A stretch of 64,000 bases of DNA, taken from Octopus bimaculoides. Lineage: Eukaryota. This document shows, piece after piece, positions 59,471 to 64,000 of this stretch (positions within the stretch are counted from its first letter, which is position 1; every line of letters starts with the position of its first letter). The DNA is taken from the NCBI RefSeq assembly GCF_001194135.2, contig NC_068990.1, forward strand, positions 94,348,078-94,412,077. The letters are read 5' to 3'. The notes under the pieces were generated by a model that ran no database searches, had not been told where the DNA came from, and saw only the letters and a list, made by a program, of their open reading frames with translations. The position numbers and the translations under genes were made by a program.

Positions 59471-61008
59471 CTGGAAATAGAAAAGTAATGTCTTTATGCT
59501 GAATTAATTATATGTTTAACATTATAGAACATCACGTAATCTATTGGAAAGAGTGTTTCATTAAAACCCTAGTTAATGAAAACATATGATCATAATTTTG
59601 TGTCCCTTTTACACTCATTAGTCCTCTATACTCTCAGGGTAGCAGGGGTATCAAATTTTATAAACATTCTATAAGGGATATTTTGATAAGCACAGAAGAA
59701 ATCAATAACAATTTTCAGTATAAGAGAAATGATGTTATATTAGTTCTAGTTTTATGTGTGTGTGTTAGGTTCAACTTTAAAAGCTGTTAAACTAGACTCG
59801 AGAATATAAAGGAATTGAGAAAATTTTAAGAGTCTACTCCCATTAGGTTGGATTTCAGATCCAATCAAACTTTACAGTTAAAATAAGTAGGCTTTGTGTA
59901 TACACAGCAGAGAAAAGGGGTTTATAGATTGGGGCTGGAGGAAGAAGGGGTGAGAAAGCTGAGAAAAAGAAAGTCAGAGGTTGAATTAATGATGTACACT
60001 TTCCTAAGAAGTGCATGATCCAGCCATGACAAGTGTATCATCTTCATATTTCTAAAACCAAACTAACATTAACCATTACTTTTGCTAATTGTTTTGGGTT
60101 CTTGTGTAGTTGTGAGCAGGCATTAAGCCTTTCACTCATGTCCTAGTAAAACATCAAAAGTGTTAGAGAGAGAGTCAGTTGCTTTGTGTTTTCTGCTGAG
60201 AAGATGAGCAATGAAGTATCTTGCTCAAGGACACAAAGAATCATTGTGTCCAAGAATGGAACTGGTGATCTTCTGATTGTGAAGCCAAAGCCCTAACCAC
60301 TGAACCATCTGTGTTCACAGATCCCACTAATAGTCAAAAAGGTTTGAATTGAAGAAATAATAGTATGAAACAAATTTTGTCATGTTAATAGAGTATGTTA
60401 GTTGTATTTTCAGTCATGGGGGAAGGGCATGTGTGGCCTAGATGGGTTGGAACTGTAAGATGGTGGGTTGAGTTCCTGGATGGGGGTAGCACGAGATGAT
60501 CCTGAGCAAGGAGAATGAATATCAGCCTTACTGCTGGTGCAGCAGCACCGTCTTTCTTTTCCAACTGCCACATCCTTGATGTTCCACAGGGACAAAGGTA
60601 GGAGGGTGTCAGTGACAGCTCTGGATAATGCAAACACTAGACAAAAGCATGGTACATGTTACCCAGTCAGACATACTTGCAAGTAGAGGGGAAGGGCAAT
60701 TTGAAGGGGTTTTTGGGTTTTAAGGAGGAAAGTAAAATTAATGTGTTGTTTTAATACAGAATTATCCACGTGAAGGCCCACCCAGCAATAACGGAGTGAA
60801 CATGTGAGCAATCGATACTCAAAAAGACTCGTTGATTAAAGCAGAACCCAAAAGTCCACGTGCAGAACAAAGCAGTATGCAAATTAGAAGAACTGTTATT
60901 TGTAGAAAATAACAAAATACAAATACATTTACTAAACAAGGCAAAGTCACCAAACTCAGTTGGATACCAAGTCAGAACACAATATAATGAAAAATAAAAA
61001 AATCTCAC

Positions 61009-61120
61009 CAAGAGTTTTGTGATCCAAATTATTAGCTTCCGAATGTTCTAAGAGCTCTCGCAGGAATGCACATATGTACTTGAAGACAGTTCGATTATGT
61101 TCAGGAATTGAACTAAGAAC
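61009..61120 (-). CDS. OCRL: OCRL/INPP5B ortholog, penultimate exon (VLSSIPEHNRTVFKYICAFLRELLEHSEANNLDHKTL)
   Basis: ag/gtgaga; matches NVFRYLMAFLRELLK; phase 0-1. Confidence 0.93.
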
Positions 61121-61389
61121 CTGATGAGAAAATAAAATAAAAATACAAAAAATCAGCTTCGAAAGAGAAAAAAAAAAAACGTCAGGTTTTTCATTTTATA
61201 CATTTCAACTTTTTTCTTATGATGACCGAAATAAATTTAAATATTAGGAAGCCTAACCGTTAGAGGAAGTTATAAAAATGTAAACATACACCATGTATGC
61301 TTTTGATGTGTGGAAAAAGGAGAAAAAAAAGGTGGGGAGACAGCTGCTGACAGACTGTTTTGCAGTTTGTTGACTGCTGCCAAGAGAGA

Positions 61390-62400
61390 AACAAGGCAGA
61401 TGTTCTAACCAGGGTGAAAAAGGGTTAGGGGAAGAATCGAAGAAAAGGGTAGCATTGGTGTGTTGGTTAACTGACTCCGAACTAAGGAAACTATCATACC
61501 ATGCACCAGCCGGGGGTGGGTAGGGCACTGTATTTCGCCAGGAGGATTGACAGAGCATCCAAAAAAGTGGTCAGGAACTGTGACAGGTGTCAATCCATCA
61601 ACCCTGCTCCAGGTGTGCATGAGCAGGGAAACATCTTGGTAGAGCACAACTGGAGATGACTGGCAGGGGACGTACCTTTCAATGGTTGACTGTGGGGATT
61701 GAGGGCAGGCACTGCAGACAAGATGGCACGTATTCTAAACAAGGTATTTTTAGAGCGGAGCGCTGTGGACAAATTGCTGATGGACAACAAGGTGGAAAGT
61801 GCACTGCTTTTTCAGAGCGGAATACAGGCCGAGTGGAAATGGGATTGTGGAAAGACATCATCAAACGATCAAGGTCACAGCGGAAAGGGGACACATGTCT
61901 CACCGCTGGAAGCAGTATTCTGGTACAACAGGTTGCCCCGATCAGGACAGGCCGAAGAGTCCATGCCACATAGGGTGATATTCAAATATGAATGGCAGCA
62001 TCCAAGTAAACCATTGGGATGCCTTGTGGAAGAGAGAAAGAGAGAGAGGGCTTGTCTTCATGGAGGTGTGAAATGAAGTCTGGGTCAAGTTGCCAAAGGT
62101 AAGCTGCACAACTCAGTGGAACAGAGGAATGGTGACAGCTGCCAATTCCAAAAACATTTCTGTGGATGGATTGCTGTGTCACGTCTTAGATGTTCGTAGG
62201 ATTGATGGTTCGTTGGATGATGATTGTGGAGAAGAGGAAGAGAATGAGGTTCCCAGCTTAAGAAGATCACAACGTACAAGGTGGGTGGGTGAAGTGAGGA
62301 GGTCATCTTTGAGATTGGGGGGGAGGGCGTGTGGGGATGAGCCAAAAGAAGAGGAAGCATGAGAAGGGAAGTGGGAGGAGAGAGGCGAGTACCAGCCACT
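61390..62400 (+). mobile_element. Ty3/Gypsy pol relic (RNase H end, integrase, C-terminus) in an OCRL intron
   Basis: ADVLTRV; HHCC-like HTMHQPGVGR...CDRCQ; VFLER..DKLLMDN; SPLEAVFWYN; VWVK...CTTQW..VDG..HVLDVRR; many stops. Confidence 0.85.
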
Positions 62401-62702
62401 TTTTGCTTGCCGGAGGCATCGTGAATGGATGTTAGGGAATTCGCTCCCAGGTTGGTCAGATAGCAGCTGCTTATATTGGGTGACAGGGGAAGGGCAGGAT
62501 CGTCAGAGAGATTACTGCTAGACAAGTGTTGACGAGAGGGAGGCAGGTGAACCTCTTTTCATTTCCCATGAACAACAAAAACATACATAAAAGTGTAATC
62601 TCGTAATCTCTCTCTGACACACATGTATATAAAAATTACTTTAACAAGAACTGAGACAAAAACATTGGAAATGTTAAACATTTTCAAAACCAAATTTCTT
62701 AC

Positions 62703-62830
62703 TTGTCGAGAAAAATTGTAGTTGTTGCTGACTTGAAGGCATTTGTGGTAAACATTACAAGGAATCACAGGTTCTGGCAGACACCTCAGGAACAATATCA
62801 AAGCACTGGTCACAGAATGGATACTACCAG
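62703..62830 (-). CDS. OCRL: OCRL/INPP5B ortholog, RhoGAP-like domain exon (GSIHSVTSALILFLRCLPEPVIP...NFSRQ)
   Basis: ag/gtaaga; matches human OCRL [23 protein letters not shown] as recalled; upstream exons appear to lie beyond the window. Confidence 0.92.
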
Positions 62831-64000
62831 CTACATTGCAGTCAAAGAAATATTATTTTAAAACATGTTTAACTTCTCTACAATTTGGCATGGCTGATGA
62901 CTTAGTGGCCTACAAAAGAAGAGAGACTTGAAACAGCCTCAAAAACTATCTTTTTTTATCCATTTCTATTTCCCATCCAGAGACTTCCAGCCTGGCTCTT
63001 TCAATAATTTAATTATCAAGAGATTTGTTATACACAAGTTATAAATTTCAATATCTCAAGATGTTTAAATATTGTATTTGCAAAGGAAAGGGATTTCTCC
63101 AGAATCTATGACTCAGAAAAAAAAAAAAACAGGCATTTGTAAAGAGTGTATGAAACTGATTAAAATTGTTAAATCTAAGAGGAGCAAGTTGACATGGGCA
63201 GTAAGTTCCTGGAAAACCACAGTTTGGTTACATGTCCATAAAAATGCTATTTACTTTACTCTTGCCCTTGGCATGAAAGTCCCAATTTCAATCCTTTGAT
63301 GTCTATTGCACCAGTACAATACAATAAAATATATTTTTCATTTCATTTAAAACCTGTGCGATTCCACAATACAGATGGTGAGAAATGAAGATGCAGGTCC
63401 TCGTATCTAATTAAGATAGGTGTGGCTGAGAAGCTGGTTTTCTGACCATCTGGGCAAGTGTCTTTTACTATAGCTTGGACTCACCAAAGCATTGTGAGTG
63501 AATTTAGTAGACAGAAACTTTGAGAAGACCATTGTGCATGTAGGTTGAGTGGGGTTAGTACCATATGATACTAATAAACAAGTATCCTTGTCATACAAGC
63601 AATATCTTCCATGAAAAACATGGTCCCGGGGAATCATAATACTTTCGCTGGAAACAGGAAGGGCATCCAGTGGTAGAAAAGGATCTACCTCAACTAATTC
63701 CATCTGATGTATGCAAGCATTGAAAGGTGAACATTAAAATAATGATGATAAGAATACAAAACAATGCAATATGGTTCTTTGCTTTAACATTTTTGTGATG
63801 ATTTTAATGTCAACAAAGAAAAACAGAATAGGCTTTGAATTTCCTTCTGAAGACAATTTGAAAAATTTCAGTCAACCACTATACAGCTATTGCATGGAAT
63901 GGTAATAACATCCCATTTTATTCAATTAACATTTGATAGGAAAATTAACAAAAAGATTAATGGGATTAGGGTATTAATTAAAAGGATATGAATCTTCTCA

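Noticed and set aside
60751-61011. 86-aa hydrophobic ORF that looks like a membrane protein
   Set aside because: It begins at the OCRL exon donor and lies in T-rich intron sequence; the hydrophobicity reflects base composition.

Overview
AT-rich, intron-rich animal genomic DNA. The repeat families look like Octopus (recognised from memory, not searched). Three genes are supported. (1) A complete POLR1B (RNA polymerase I subunit RPA2) on +, CDS 804-40144: 31 exons, all GT-AG, giving a 3384-nt CDS (1127 aa). (2) A convergent uncharacterised gene on -, two coding exons, about 206 aa, 40517-41894, with X-box-like motifs upstream. (3) The last three coding exons (RhoGAP-like domain) of an OCRL/INPP5B ortholog on -, 59352-62830. 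Introns and intergenic DNA contain SINEs, 5'-truncated RTE LINEs, TTAA-flanked MITEs, and Tc1, piggyBac, Penelope and Gypsy relics. The most unusual element is a 4.9-kb CpG-saturated ACGA/TACG satellite (45264-50179). It has two internal strand inversions and higher-order repeats, and it sits in register inside a 67-bp tandem array. There is one assembly gap (27663-27772). No complete novel system is demonstrated; the findings are leads.
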